Shown here: positions 10,501-20,900 of the stretch, piece by piece | How the letters are laid out: every line of letters starts with the position of its first letter | Position numbering within the stretch: the stretch's first letter is position 1 | IMG/VR virus record: IMGVR_UViG_2061766007_004331 | Length of the DNA: 36,673 nt | Direction: 5' to 3' (one strand) | Source of the DNA: an uncultured virus (IMG/VR IMGVR_UViG_2061766007_004331) | Lineage: Duplodnaviria; Heunggongvirae; Uroviricota; Caudoviricetes | Notes under the pieces: model-generated | The model's database searches: none | What the model was told of the DNA's origin: nothing | What the model saw: the letters and a program-made list of their open reading frames with translations, nothing else | Position numbers and translations under genes: made by a program

Positions 10501-13500
10501 NNNNNNNTGGATCTTATCTTCATCAGACCAGTTCACCTCAGGCAGTGAAGAAGCAGACGGAACACCGGGATAGAACCAGGTGTCGATTTTTCCATCCAGC
10601 TGCGCTTCGATTCCTTCAGCATATGCCTGGACGCTTTCCGCATATGCCTGAGCGGCGGAGGCGGTAGACTGGGCAGCTTCAGCTGTGGATTGGGCGGTGG
10701 CAGCAGAGGCTTGAGCTGTATCAGCGGATGCCTGGGCATTGTCCGCAGTAGACTGAGCGGTATCTGCGGTTGATTGTGCATTACCAGCGGCAGTCTTAGC
10801 CNNNNNNNNNNNNNNNNNNNNNNNNNNNNNNNNNNNNNNNNNNNNNNNNNNNNNNNNNNNNNNNNNNGGTTTGGGCTGCCTCAGCTGCAGACTGAGCTTT
10901 ACCAGCTGCGGTTTGAGCAGCATTTGCGGTGGATTGAGCTGTGCTTGCGGCACTTGCAGCATTGTCAGCGGTCGACTTCGCGGTATTGGCTGTGCTTTGA
11001 GCATTTCCNNNNNNNNNNNNNNNNNNNNNNNNNNNNNNNNNNNNNNNNNNNNNNNNNNNNNNNNNNNNNNNNNNNNNNNNNNNNNNNNNNNNNNNNNNNN
11101 NNNNNNNNNNNNNNNNNNNNNNNGTCTTGGCATTGCCTGCAGCAGTAACGGCGTTGTCAGCGGTGCTCTGGGCATTTCCAGCGGCGGTCTGGGCTGCATT
11201 AGCGGTACTCTGAGCATTTCCCGCTGCTGTCTGAGCCGCATCAGCCGTGGACTGAGCATTCCCGGCCGCGGTTTGAGCGGCAGAGGCGGNNNNNNNNNNN
11301 NNNNNNNNNNNNNNNNNNNNNNNNNNNNNNNNNNNNNNNNNNNNNNNNNNNNNNNNNNNNNNNNNTTGCTCTGGCGGTTGTGCAGACCTTCATGTCACCG
11401 TCCGAGCCTTCCACCCAGAGATCGCCCACGTCGTAGGGAGTGTTGGGTGTGCGGGTGAACACGCGGCGTTTATTATCCGCAGTATCTTGGGCGGCACTGG
11501 CGGCACTCATGGCAGAGGAGATATCGCTGTCCTTGATGCGAGTCCAGGCTTTCCCGGTGTAGCGGTAGCAGTANNNNNNNNNNNNNNNNNNNNNNNNNNN
11601 NNNNNNNNNNNNNNNNNNNNNNNNNNNNAGCAGCGGACCAATCTTTTTCTGGCGTAACAGAGGGTGAAGGAGCACCTTCGAAGAACCAGGTGTCTATCTT
11701 TCCGTCTATCTGCAGCTGGATCCCTTCTGCGTACTCCTGAACGGTTTCTGCGAAGGCCTGCGCCGCTTCAGCTGCTGCCTGTGCAGCTTCGGCTAGGGAC
11801 TGGGCATTGTCTGCAGTGGATTGAGCATTCCCGGCCGCAGTGATGGCGTTGTCAGCAGTAGACTGCGCATTCCCAGCAGCGGTTCTTGCTCCATCCGCTG
11901 TTTGCTGAGCGGTATCAATGCTGCCCTGGATGTCTTCGGGAGCTGGCGTCCATTGGGTAGGGGAGTTCCCNNNNNNNNNNNNNNNNNNNNNNNNNNNNTA
12001 ACCGGTCTCGCCGGTACCGATGATCATCGCCTGAACCCGGAAATCGGTGGAGGGCATCTGAACGGTAACGGTTGCCCATCCGGATTCGGTGACAGGCTCG
12101 CTGTCATAATCCAGTGTTAAGCCTTCACANNNNNNNNNNNNNNNNNNNNNNNNNNNNNNNNNNNNNNNNNNNNNNNNNNNNNNNNNNNNNNNNNNNNNNN
12201 NNNNNNNNNNNNNNNNTCACGTTCAGCTTGACCCGGAAGGTCACCCGACGATCCCAAGCGTCCGCTGCTTCCTGGATGTCTACGGGAGAGAAGGAATAAT
12301 CCTGAGTGATGACGGTATTGTTGCCGTTGGTGCCAACCAGCAGGTTCCTGCCGCCAATGGTCAGATCAGAGACGGAGGAGGATGCCAGCACCCAGTCGTC
12401 CGCGCTGAAGGAGCCCTCCGACCGGGAGACGGCACAGACCATGAGGTCGGAATCGGAGCCACCTGCCCATAGGTCACCTGCGTCATAGGGCGGGACANNN
12501 NNNNNNNNNNNNNNNNNNNNNNNNNNNNNNNNNNNNNNNNNNNNNNNNNNNNNNNNNNNNNNNGTGTAGACCTTGGAAACGGTCTGGTTAATCCCGATAT
12601 TGGAAGAAAGATCCAACGTCTTTCCGAACTCGGAAGACAAATGGGATGTAGTGATGATCCCGGCCTTCAGGTTTGCGCCTTCGATGGTGGCCGCGGCGAT
12701 CTTGTCGCCGGTAATCGTGCCTGAAAGAATCTCATTGGCGGTGATAGTGGCGGCGGCGATTTGCTCTGCGGTCACGGAACGTTTGACCAGCACGGAACCA
12801 TCGAGCTGTTCTCTGTATTGCTCTTCGGAAAGTTCCTGCATGGACAGCCCGGAAGCCAGAGCGTTGATCTGGTAGATCAGGCCATCCTCGCCCCGGATGA
12901 TGAGCCGCTCCGTGGCCAAAGTGCCGGACTGGATGACATCGGCATTCAGGGAGACAATCTTGCCTTCTGTGATGCTGGCGTCCGCGATCTGGGCGGTGCC
13001 GACCGCGCCGTTCTGAATGAGCGCGGCTGTAATCGCGCCGAGGGCGATCTGTGCGGTATCGACAGCCACGTTCGCGATTTGCGCGTTTGTTATAGCTGCG
13101 TTCGCGATTTTTGCTGTGCTGACCGCGAGGTCGGCGATCTTACCGGATGTGACAGCCAGGTCAGCGATTTTTGCAGTAACGATTTCTCCGTCCAGGATTT
13201 TTGCCCGGACGATCGCCCCGTCCTGAATGTTGGCGGTGCCAATGGCTGCTCCATCGATTTTTGCATTGGTGATGGCCGCGTCGGCGATCTTCGCGCTGTC
13301 GATGGCACCGTCCTCGATGTGAACACGGTGGATCTCGCCATCGCCGATCTTGGCATGCGTTATAGCACCGTCATGGATATTTGCTTCCTGGATTTCACCC
13401 TGACCTATGTGTGCCGAGTTGATAGCTCCTTGCTCGATCTGGGCTGTTCCGATGGCCGCGTCCGCAATTTTCGCCCGCGTGATGGAAGCGTCATCGATCT

Positions 13501-15117
13501 GCGCTGACCCGATTGCGCCCTCTGCGATCTTGGCCCGTATAATGGAGGCGGCCTGGATTTNNNNNNNNNNNNNNNNNNNNNNNNNATCGCGGCGTCCTGG
13601 ATATGTGCCGTGTCAATGGCTGCCATCTGAATGTGAGCGGAACTGACAGACCCATTTTGCAGAGCGCCCGCGCCGACGGAGTTAATAGCCAACTTCGTGC
13701 CGGTGATGATCCCGGAAGGCAGCTGACGGGAGGAGATCACATTCCCTTCCACAGTATCCGCGACGGTGCCCAGGGTGATCTTCGTATACCGCTTGGTCAG
13801 ACAGTCGTAGGTGTACTGGGTCATTCGCATGGACACCCAGATGCCGATGCGCGGAACGATCACCCGGACAGCGTCGCCCAGGTAGATGCTCTGCAGGAAG
13901 GCGTAATCCTTGTATTCTTCTGTGTCCGCTGTGTTGATGTAATCCACGTTCAGCGTGACAGTCGGCTGATCGCATCCTGCTTCAAACTGCTTCTGGGCTG
14001 CTGCCCGCATTTCAGCTCGGCACTGATCTAGCGTCTTCGGATTGTCCTCGTCCGTGGACTCTTTTGCTTCGGAGACAGGTAGATGCATCCACTTGGGATG
14101 GGGATAGTTGTTGATGTAAGGGCTATCGACAAAGACTTCGGGGAGGTAGAACACATCGCCGGAAATGTTCTCCCCGGTCGGCATGATCCGGGTGACTACA
14201 TCCGTGATGTCGATGTCATAGCTGATGCCCAGCAGGTTCTTGCCCTGCCGGATCTGGACGTTAGTATCGCGACCGACGCGCTTGACCAGGTAAACGTCAA
14301 ACCAGTCCCGGGTCAGTTCACCGGCATATTTTTCGACGACGCCGTCCTCACCGAGCAGAGCGTCCACAGGATTGGTATTGACGTATTCTACCTCCTCCGC
14401 TGTGGCGTCCAGGTCAGAGTAGAAAGTGAAGTCGTGGGCTGTCATGCATTCTGCAGAGATCTGCTGCACAACAGAAGCCCCCACCTGGGACGATGAGGGC
14501 TTGACGGAGGCAATCATGTTGTCGAGAAGATCGTAGAAGATGTGCCGGGCATAAACGGTGATTTTGTCCAGGCTAGGCACGACACGGTAGATGCGGAAGG
14601 GCTGGTCACGGAGCTGCCGGGATTCCACGACGGAGTTGACAGCGGCTTCATAGGAGGATTCCGTTCTCTCCAGGGCCAGGTACTTCGTGGAAAAATAGCC
14701 GTGCTTACCGTCAGGCGCGGTACATTCATACCAGCTGCTGTTAGTCTTGTTGAGCACCTGGACAATGGACCCGTTCTTGTAGTTGGCCAGTACCTTGTAC
14801 TTATCTCCAGGGCCGCTGCGCAGGCGGAGGGTACCGCCCCGAACGGAGGCTGACGGGATATCCGTGTCAATACGCCAGATTTCCTTGCCGGCGGATGACG
14901 ATCCCGAAGCATGATAGNNNNNNNNNNNNNNNNNNNNNNNNNNNNNNNNNNNNNNNNNNNNNNNNNNNNNNCACTTGCCGTTTTCATCGATCGGGTGCTC
15001 CAGCTGCAGCTCATACTCACCGTTCAGAGTTTCCGTGACGGTAGCGGAGATAGGCGAGAGGGCACCATTGCCGTTTGTGGAAAAGTCGGTGCAGTCGGCT
15101 GGGTAGACACAGATCAT
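7597..15117 (-). CDS. Giant tail spike / Tal-type protein (~2500 aa), reconstructed across N gaps
   Basis: N-terminus MICVYPADCTDFSTNGNG with DQPFRIYRV and GKNLLGI (prophage endopeptidase-tail type), an SH3b insert, I..A.I repeats, TAQSTAD coiled-coil repeats and DGKIDTWF/GDLW modules. Ends FAFEPQSNGNLSLIYKG. Frame breaks coincide with N runs. Confidence 0.8.
8700..12500 (-). repeat. Intragenic modular repeats of the tail protein
   Basis: DGKIDTWF at ~9410, ~10590 and ~11700. PY..GDLW at ~9150, ~10320, ~11430 and ~12480. TQWTPAPED at ~9760 and ~11950. Many TAQSTAD-like heptads. Confidence 0.85.
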
Positions 15118-15131
15118 GGGCAGGTACCTCC

Positions 15132-15168
15132 AAAAAACAGAAATACGCCTCTCGGTGGGAGAGACGTA
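15132..15168 (-). terminator. Intrinsic terminator closing the 15188-15786 moron
   Basis: Minus strand reads TACGTCTCTC-CCACC-GAGAGGCGTA followed by TTTCTGTTTTTT. Confidence 0.7.
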
Positions 15169-15187
15169 AGGAAAAGGGCAGTGCGGG

Positions 15188-15511
15188 TTAGCGGCTATAT
15201 AGGAATTGCACAGTGCTGATCAGATCTTCGCTGAACCCTTCCAGGTCACTGAGCGTAATGGCTTTATCATGGAGCAGTTCGACGATCTGATAGATCATCT
15301 CCTGCTTGCTCATTTCAACCACTACGCCGGGTTTCTTCTTGTCGGCGCGGATATGCTTTTCCAGCTCCCAGAACTTGTCTGACGCAGGAGCTTCACTGTC
15401 GATGAGCACCTTGTACTGAGCGATCAACCGTTCCATATAGCGCTCTTGCCATACGGGGAGGCGCTCACGGTACAGTGCCCAGTCTTTCTTGGAAACTTCC
15501 ATGTTCTTCAT
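15188..15511 (-). CDS. Conserved hypothetical helical protein
   Basis: Clean ORF (SKKDW.LYRERLP.WQERYMERL...SDKFWELEK.I) overlapping the upstream stop. The start may be 15502. Confidence 0.7.
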   Translation of the reverse strand: MKNMEVSKKDWALYRERLPVWQERYMERLIAQYKVLIDSEAPASDKFWELEKHIRADKKKPGVVVEMSKQEMIYQIVELLHDKAITLSDLEGFSEDLISTVQFLYSR

Positions 15512-15786
15512 TCCTCCGAACGGCCTTCGTCCTCTTCAGCGTTCTCTTCCTGTGCCCGCTGATACCAGACGATCTCATCCTCGGTGGCAGGACGCACGGC
15601 AAACTTGCCGCAGTCGGGGCAGCGGTAGAGTTCATCTTCCATTTCATCGTGATGCAGCAGGTGCTCAGGGAACGTATACTTGCAGGCATTGCATGTGAAA
15701 AGCACGGGTTTGATCCTCCGGTGTTGTTCTCTAAGAAGGGCGAGATACTCTATATCGCGGGACCCCTTGAGGGTGGATTTGCTCAT
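15508..15786 (-). CDS. Hypothetical zinc-ribbon protein
   Basis: CNAC...CPDC motifs, GAGGA RBS and an upstream extended -10 (TGCTATACT at 15825-15833). Confidence 0.7.
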   Translation of the reverse strand: MSKSTLKGSRDIEYLALLREQHRRIKPVLFTCNACKYTFPEHLLHHDEMEDELYRCPDCGKFAVRPATEDEIVWYQRAQEENAEEDEGRSEE

Positions 15787-15891
15787 TGTGGATCATCCTC
15801 TTCTGAGAAGTGGAACATGAGCCAGTATAGCATGGATTGGAGGAAGATAACAGGGGTCTACGAAAATGTTAGAATTGTATCTGCGCCAATC

Positions 15892-16608
15892 CTACAGGTA
15901 CCGCCAATTGGGCTGAATGACAACCCTGGTCACACTCCCGCTCCAGCTGATCGCGTTCATTCCTGGGCGCAGGATGGGGAAGTCACCGCTCATATGGTCG
16001 TTCATAAGAGTCTGTCCTTTATAAGCCTCCTGTACCACTGAGTCGACGGTGATGCTCCCAGAGATGTTTTCCAGCTCCACGATGGTTGTGCCCACCATAA
16101 GCGTGATCGTCCCCGACCCGTATACTGTGATGACAGGCTCAGCGTAGATTGATCCGGGATTCGTGATGGTGGAGCCCGATGTCGTGACCGTAATGTTGGA
16201 TACCCCGTCCTGATACCAGAACGGATAGCAGCGGAAGTTGACAGCGAACGTACAGTGTGGATTACCCTTCAGTACCTTTTCAAACGGGATCTGGTTGGCG
16301 ATCCTCGCATTGTAGTGCCCGCCGAGCCGGTTGGCAAAAGTGACCGTTCCGCTGCCTTTGAGCCAGCCTGCTATGGCTGGGATCTGAGCGGGATCGGAGA
16401 TAAAGCACTCCGCTGCCAGCACCAGGTCATCATAGACGTCTTCGCCTTCCAGCGTGGTAAGCGAACCCGGCCTGCCTGGAACGTTGGTCTGCGTGGACCG
16501 TTCCTGTGGGATCGTGATGGGTGGCTGCTCGGAAACATGGATGCCATAGCTCCGGCAGTCCACTCCATTCCAGATGAAATAGTCCTGATGTGCTGCTTGT
16601 GTTGGCAT
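15892..16608 (-). CDS. Distal tail (Dit) protein
   Basis: YFIWNGVDC..YGI, VPGRPG, F.C.PF, ITNPGS..AEP.I and FP.L.PG.N motifs. Lies between TMP and Tal. ATG at 16608 follows GGAGG. Confidence 0.88.
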   Translation of the reverse strand: MPTQAAHQDYFIWNGVDCRSYGIHVSEQPPITIPQERSTQTNVPGRPGSLTTLEGEDVYDDLVLAAECFISDPAQIPAIAGWLKGSGTVTFANRLGGHYNARIANQIPFEKVLKGNPHCTFAVNFRCYPFWYQDGVSNITVTTSGSTITNPGSIYAEPVITVYGSGTITLMVGTTIVELENISGSITVDSVVQEAYKGQTLMNDHMSGDFPILRPGMNAISWSGSVTRVVIQPNWRYL

Positions 16609-16674
16609 GGTTGCCTCCAAAACTGTAAAAGGTCACCTGCGATGAGGTGACCCATGGTAGTGATTGCCTTTCGG

Positions 16675-17487
16675 CTACTTTCTGTGCTGATCGAATTCAT
16701 CCAGCACAGCGATCATGTCGGGCTGTAGACGCTTTCTGCACTCGGCCTTCAGCTCGTCCGGCACACCATAGAACGCTTCCGCGATAGAGCCGGCGATGCA
16801 GGTCAGGGTGTCGCAGTCCCCACCCAGGGAAACGGCTGTCCGGATCACGTCCTCAAAGGATGTGCCATCCAGGAAAGCCGTGATGGCTTCCGGCACGGTC
16901 TCCTGACAGCTTTCCACATGATGATACGTGGGTCGGATCTGATCGCACGTCCGGGACAAGTCGTAGCCGAACTCCGTCTCGATGAACCGCCTGATCTCAT
17001 CCTTGCTGTGACCGGTTCTCGCCAGGAAGATCGCGGACGCCGTAGCCTCCGCACCCTTGATGCCTTCCGGATGATTGTGCGTGACCTCTGCGGTCAGCTG
17101 CGCCACATGGCGGGTGTACTCAATGGTGTCATAGAGCCAGCCCACAGCGGAGACCCGCATGGCGGAGCCGTTACCCCAGCTGTTGTAGGGCTCCGGATTC
17201 TTGTCGCGCAGCCAGTAATAGAACCTCGAACCGTACCCAGCATGCGGATAGCGGCGGCCCCACTTTTGCATGGAGCGCTCGACGGCGTACCGGATGTCGA
17301 CGTCCACCTGATCCTGCGGACCGTCCTTGCCCAGCGTGTCCAGCAGGGCCTTCGCGACCGCGATGGTCATGACGGAATCATCCGTCCATTCGGATTCCAC
17401 GATGAAGAGTGGGAAATCTTTTGTCTTCTTTCCCCGGTCAAACTCATACGGGGAGCCAATCATGTCACCAAGCAATGCGCCATACAT
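16675..17487 (-). CDS. ADP-ribosylglycohydrolase (ARH/DraG family)
   Basis: GDMIG, WTDDSVMT, SWGNGSAMR, THNHPEG and GGDCDTL motifs with intact metal-binding aspartates. AAGGAGG RBS and a TATAAT at 17520-17525. Confidence 0.93.
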   Translation of the reverse strand: MYGALLGDMIGSPYEFDRGKKTKDFPLFIVESEWTDDSVMTIAVAKALLDTLGKDGPQDQVDVDIRYAVERSMQKWGRRYPHAGYGSRFYYWLRDKNPEPYNSWGNGSAMRVSAVGWLYDTIEYTRHVAQLTAEVTHNHPEGIKGAEATASAIFLARTGHSKDEIRRFIETEFGYDLSRTCDQIRPTYHHVESCQETVPEAITAFLDGTSFEDVIRTAVSLGGDCDTLTCIAGSIAEAFYGVPDELKAECRKRLQPDMIAVLDEFDQHRK

Positions 17488-17564
17488 GAGCCTTACCTCC
17501 TTCCGCTTGGGATGCTGCTATTATACAACAAAAATGATTGTTATGGTCGCATCTGAGGCGACAT

Positions 17565-17798
17565 TTAATCAATCCGGCGCACCTGATCGATTCCCCACAA
17601 CGCACCCAACGATACATGATTTTCAAACTCGCAATGGATGGTCCCGGTATCGTCAACGGCAAGTACCCGGCCCTTGGTGCCGGGCGGGATATCACGGTAG
17701 GGATCGCACAGGCTGACAACCTCTACCTTGCAGCCCACAGGGAAGTCCTTTCGGATCTGTTCCAATACATCTGGACGAATACACATTGTGAAGCCCAT
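17565..17798 (-). CDS. DUF4314-like small protein
   Basis: FPVG.KV....DPY..IPPGTKG.V..VDDTG.IH motif. ATG at 17798 follows GGAGG. Confidence 0.75.
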   Translation of the reverse strand: MGFTMCIRPDVLEQIRKDFPVGCKVEVVSLCDPYRDIPPGTKGRVLAVDDTGTIHCEFENHVSLGALWGIDQVRRID

Positions 17799-17913
17799 TC
17801 CAACTACCTCCTTCGATTTGGGTAGTGACATATACGCTCGTATCATGCAAAAAGTCAAGAACCAATTTGTTGCATAACGATATCAATTTATTTTATATCG
17901 TTGCAGGATGGTC

Positions 17914-20900
17914 TCACGCCATCCGGAGCCCTTTTCCGCGCTGCTGGCGCTTGGTCAGCGTCGCGATCTCAATGGCCAGAGACCGGACATCCTGTTCATC
18001 ACGGATATAGAAGCTGCTGCCGGAGAAGTTTACGGAGCTGTTTGTATTGTANNNNNNNNNNTTTTGCGACCGCGATGGTCATGACGGAATCATCTGTCCA
18101 TTCAGATTCCACCATGAAGAGTGGGAAATCCTTTGTCTTCTTACCCCGGTCAAACTCATACGGGGAGCCAATCATGTCACCAAGCAATGCGCCNNNNNNN
18201 NNNATCGGTCAGGTAGCGGGCAGCATTGGAGATGACCTTTGCCTGCCTGGTGGCCTCACGGGTAACGCCTTCCCCCAATCCTTTCATGGTCATCACGCCG
18301 ACCTCATCCCGGAAGACACGGGAAGGGGAGGAGATCTTCAGCTCACTCTTGGCGGTCTGTACCGCTTTCTTTGCTGCTGTCCGCATGGCCGATACCACGG
18401 CGTTCTGCCCGGACCGGATACCGGCGGCGAGGCCGTTCATGGCGTTGATGCCAATGGTGCGGAGTGTGGNNNNNNNNNNNNNNNNNGCACTGCGTACTTT
18501 GCTGCCTATGGTGCCCGCCGAGGATGAGAAGCTATACCCACTCATGGCTGAGGCCAGACCGGAAGCGACGGTCGTGCCGTAAGAGGAGAGCAGACTGGAG
18601 GTCAGCACACCGGAAGCAGCGGTTTCAATGGCGGAGGCGAGGCTGGAAGCATAACTGCTCATGTCGGTTCCCGTCATGCCCTCACCGATGCCCTGGGCGA
18701 CGTATTGACCCGCGGGCATCATCCGTGCGGACGGCGAGTTAATGACCAGCGCGGCGTTAATGGCGGCCTCCAGATTGCTGGNNNNNNNNNNNNNNNNNNN
18801 NNNNNNNNNNNNNNNNTTGAGTGACATTGCTGCCAACACCTGCGGCATCCAGGTTCTGCACGAACTGCAGGATCGTGTTCAGGTTATCCATGTCCTCTTG
18901 ACTGACGGCGTTGCCCTGCTGGATGGCGGAGACAACCTCGGCGACATAGGTGGCAAGTTCAGCGACACGTTCCGGGGAGAAGTCCAACTGCATCGACTGA
19001 TCCAGCGTCCGCATGATGCCTTCATCGCCGCCATAGATGAAGTTGTACCACTGCCCCAGATCATTCTTGGCAGTCTCGATACGCCTTTCAGCAGACCTGA
19101 TCATGTCCAGCGTACTGGTGGGCATGATTCCGGTCAGAGCGGTGCCCAGGGGTGTCATGCCTAGCTGGTCCACTTCCGCGACCTGCTCACGCATTTCTTC
19201 GATCGCTTCAGGAGCGCCGGTGACCTCAGTGGTGATCAGGATGTGCATGGTGCCATCAGCGTCCAGGACAGCCAGGTCGCTGGGCTTCAGCATTTCTGTG
19301 GTGACGGCCTTTGCGGGGATCTCGATGCCGTCCTTCCAGAACTTGACGTTCTCTTCGCCCAGGGCTTCAGATGGATCCTGATAGAGCTCGGAGAGCTTGA
19401 CGATGCCATCGACCGTGACCTTATTGTTTTTNNNNNNNNNNNNNNNNNNNNNNNNNNNNNNNNNNNNNNNNNNNNNNNNNNNNNNNNNNNNNNNNNNNNN
19501 GCGTAGGCTTCTTGACTCCGGCGGCCTCTTTGTATTCCGCGATGTAGGCCACAAAGTTCTGCATCAGGGAGGACTTGTCGCAGCCGGTTGCCTCAGCAAA
19601 GGTATTCACCAGAGCGGTGATCTGGTCCGGAGACAGGGCGGACAGGTCGATGCCCTCCGCCTCCGCGTACTTGACCACCATGGCCGTGATGTTGGAGGGC
19701 GTTAGGGCTGTCGTGGACGCGCCCCCGGTCAGTTCCTCATAGGCCATGACGAAGGCTGTGACCGCGTCCGGGGATAGTTTGGAGGTGTCCACGCCCTTTT
19801 TCTCGAGATACTGCATGATGTAGGCAGTGATCTCAGAGGGCTTCAGGGTGGACACGTCTGCCCCAGACGCCAGTTCCTTGTAGGCAGCGACCATGGCAGT
19901 GATATTGCTGGGATTCAGAGAAGAGACATCCGTGCCGGTCGTAGCTTCCGCATAGGTGGCGACATAGGCCAAAAGGCCGGAAGGTGTCAGCGAAGCCTTA
20001 TCTGCGCCTTCCTTGACCTCGGTGTACTTCTCAACAAAGGCATCCACCTTGGGCTGCAGCTTGGCGATGTTCTCCGCCTCGGCATAGCTTTCCACGATGG
20101 CGTCCGTCGTGATGGACCCCGGATTGGTAGCCCACTCTTCCCATCGGGCCTGTGCCCCGGCCATGTCGAGATCTGTGGCGATCTTCAGGACTTCCTCGCC
20201 CAGGGCATCTCCGAACATGGTGTTCAGGCTGTCCAGGTTGCTGTCCCAGCTGTTATTATTGAGGAAGGTCTGGATGGACGCCAGCTGCTCCAGCGCGGAC
20301 GAGAAGTCGATGTCCGGGAACATGGACGAGACTTCGGCCTCAGAGAAGCCGCTGTCCAGGAGCGACTGCACTTGCGTCAGCAGCCCGATATATTCCGCGA
20401 TGGCCCCCTCATCCATGCCCTTAGTGAGCTGGTTGAGGTCGGGAAGCATCTTGTCCCGCTCATCCTTGCTGGCGGCGCTGTATTTGCGGAGCAGCTGAAA
20501 CAGGTCGGTGACCTGGGTCTTGGCCTGCTGGATGCTGTCCTTCTCCCAGACCGGGCCGACAACGCCCTGCAGGAAGGTGGCGTATTCCATGGCCGCGTTC
20601 TTGCGGTTCTGGTTGTAGCGGGCATTGAGATCGGTCAGGGCTTTCTGCTTTTCGGCTTCATTGGTCATGAGCTGAATGAGGGCATACTCGGCATCATACT
20701 GCTCATCCAACTGACTGTTGATGGCCGCCAGCCCCTGCGCCGCGCCGACGATGGCATTCTCATAGGTCGCGATGGTGACCTGCTGGCCGCGTGCTTCGGC
20801 GCGGGCAACCTCGGCGTCGAACTTCTTCTGCAGGGTGTCAAAACCGCCGACATCCTCGCTCTCCGGCACCAGCTTGTATTTCACCATGATGGCATTCCTG

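Noticed and set aside
8700..11930. Periodic 21-nt repeats; considered as a CRISPR or non-coding array
   Set aside because: They are degenerate at third positions and encode TAQSTAD heptads. There are no unique spacers or cas genes.
7597..15117. Apparent frameshifts or pseudogenisation in Tal (also in TMP, portal, gp10 and the DUF859-like gene)
   Set aside because: The frame changes coincide with N runs of estimated length. I found no in-frame stops in called sequence.
18062..18193. Near-copy of the ARH 5' region (17350-17481) inside the TMP gene; considered as a DGR template/variable repeat
   Set aside because: It is bounded by 10-N spacers, the differences are at third codon positions and are not adenine-specific, and no reverse transcriptase is present. 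This is best explained as a mis-scaffolded allele.
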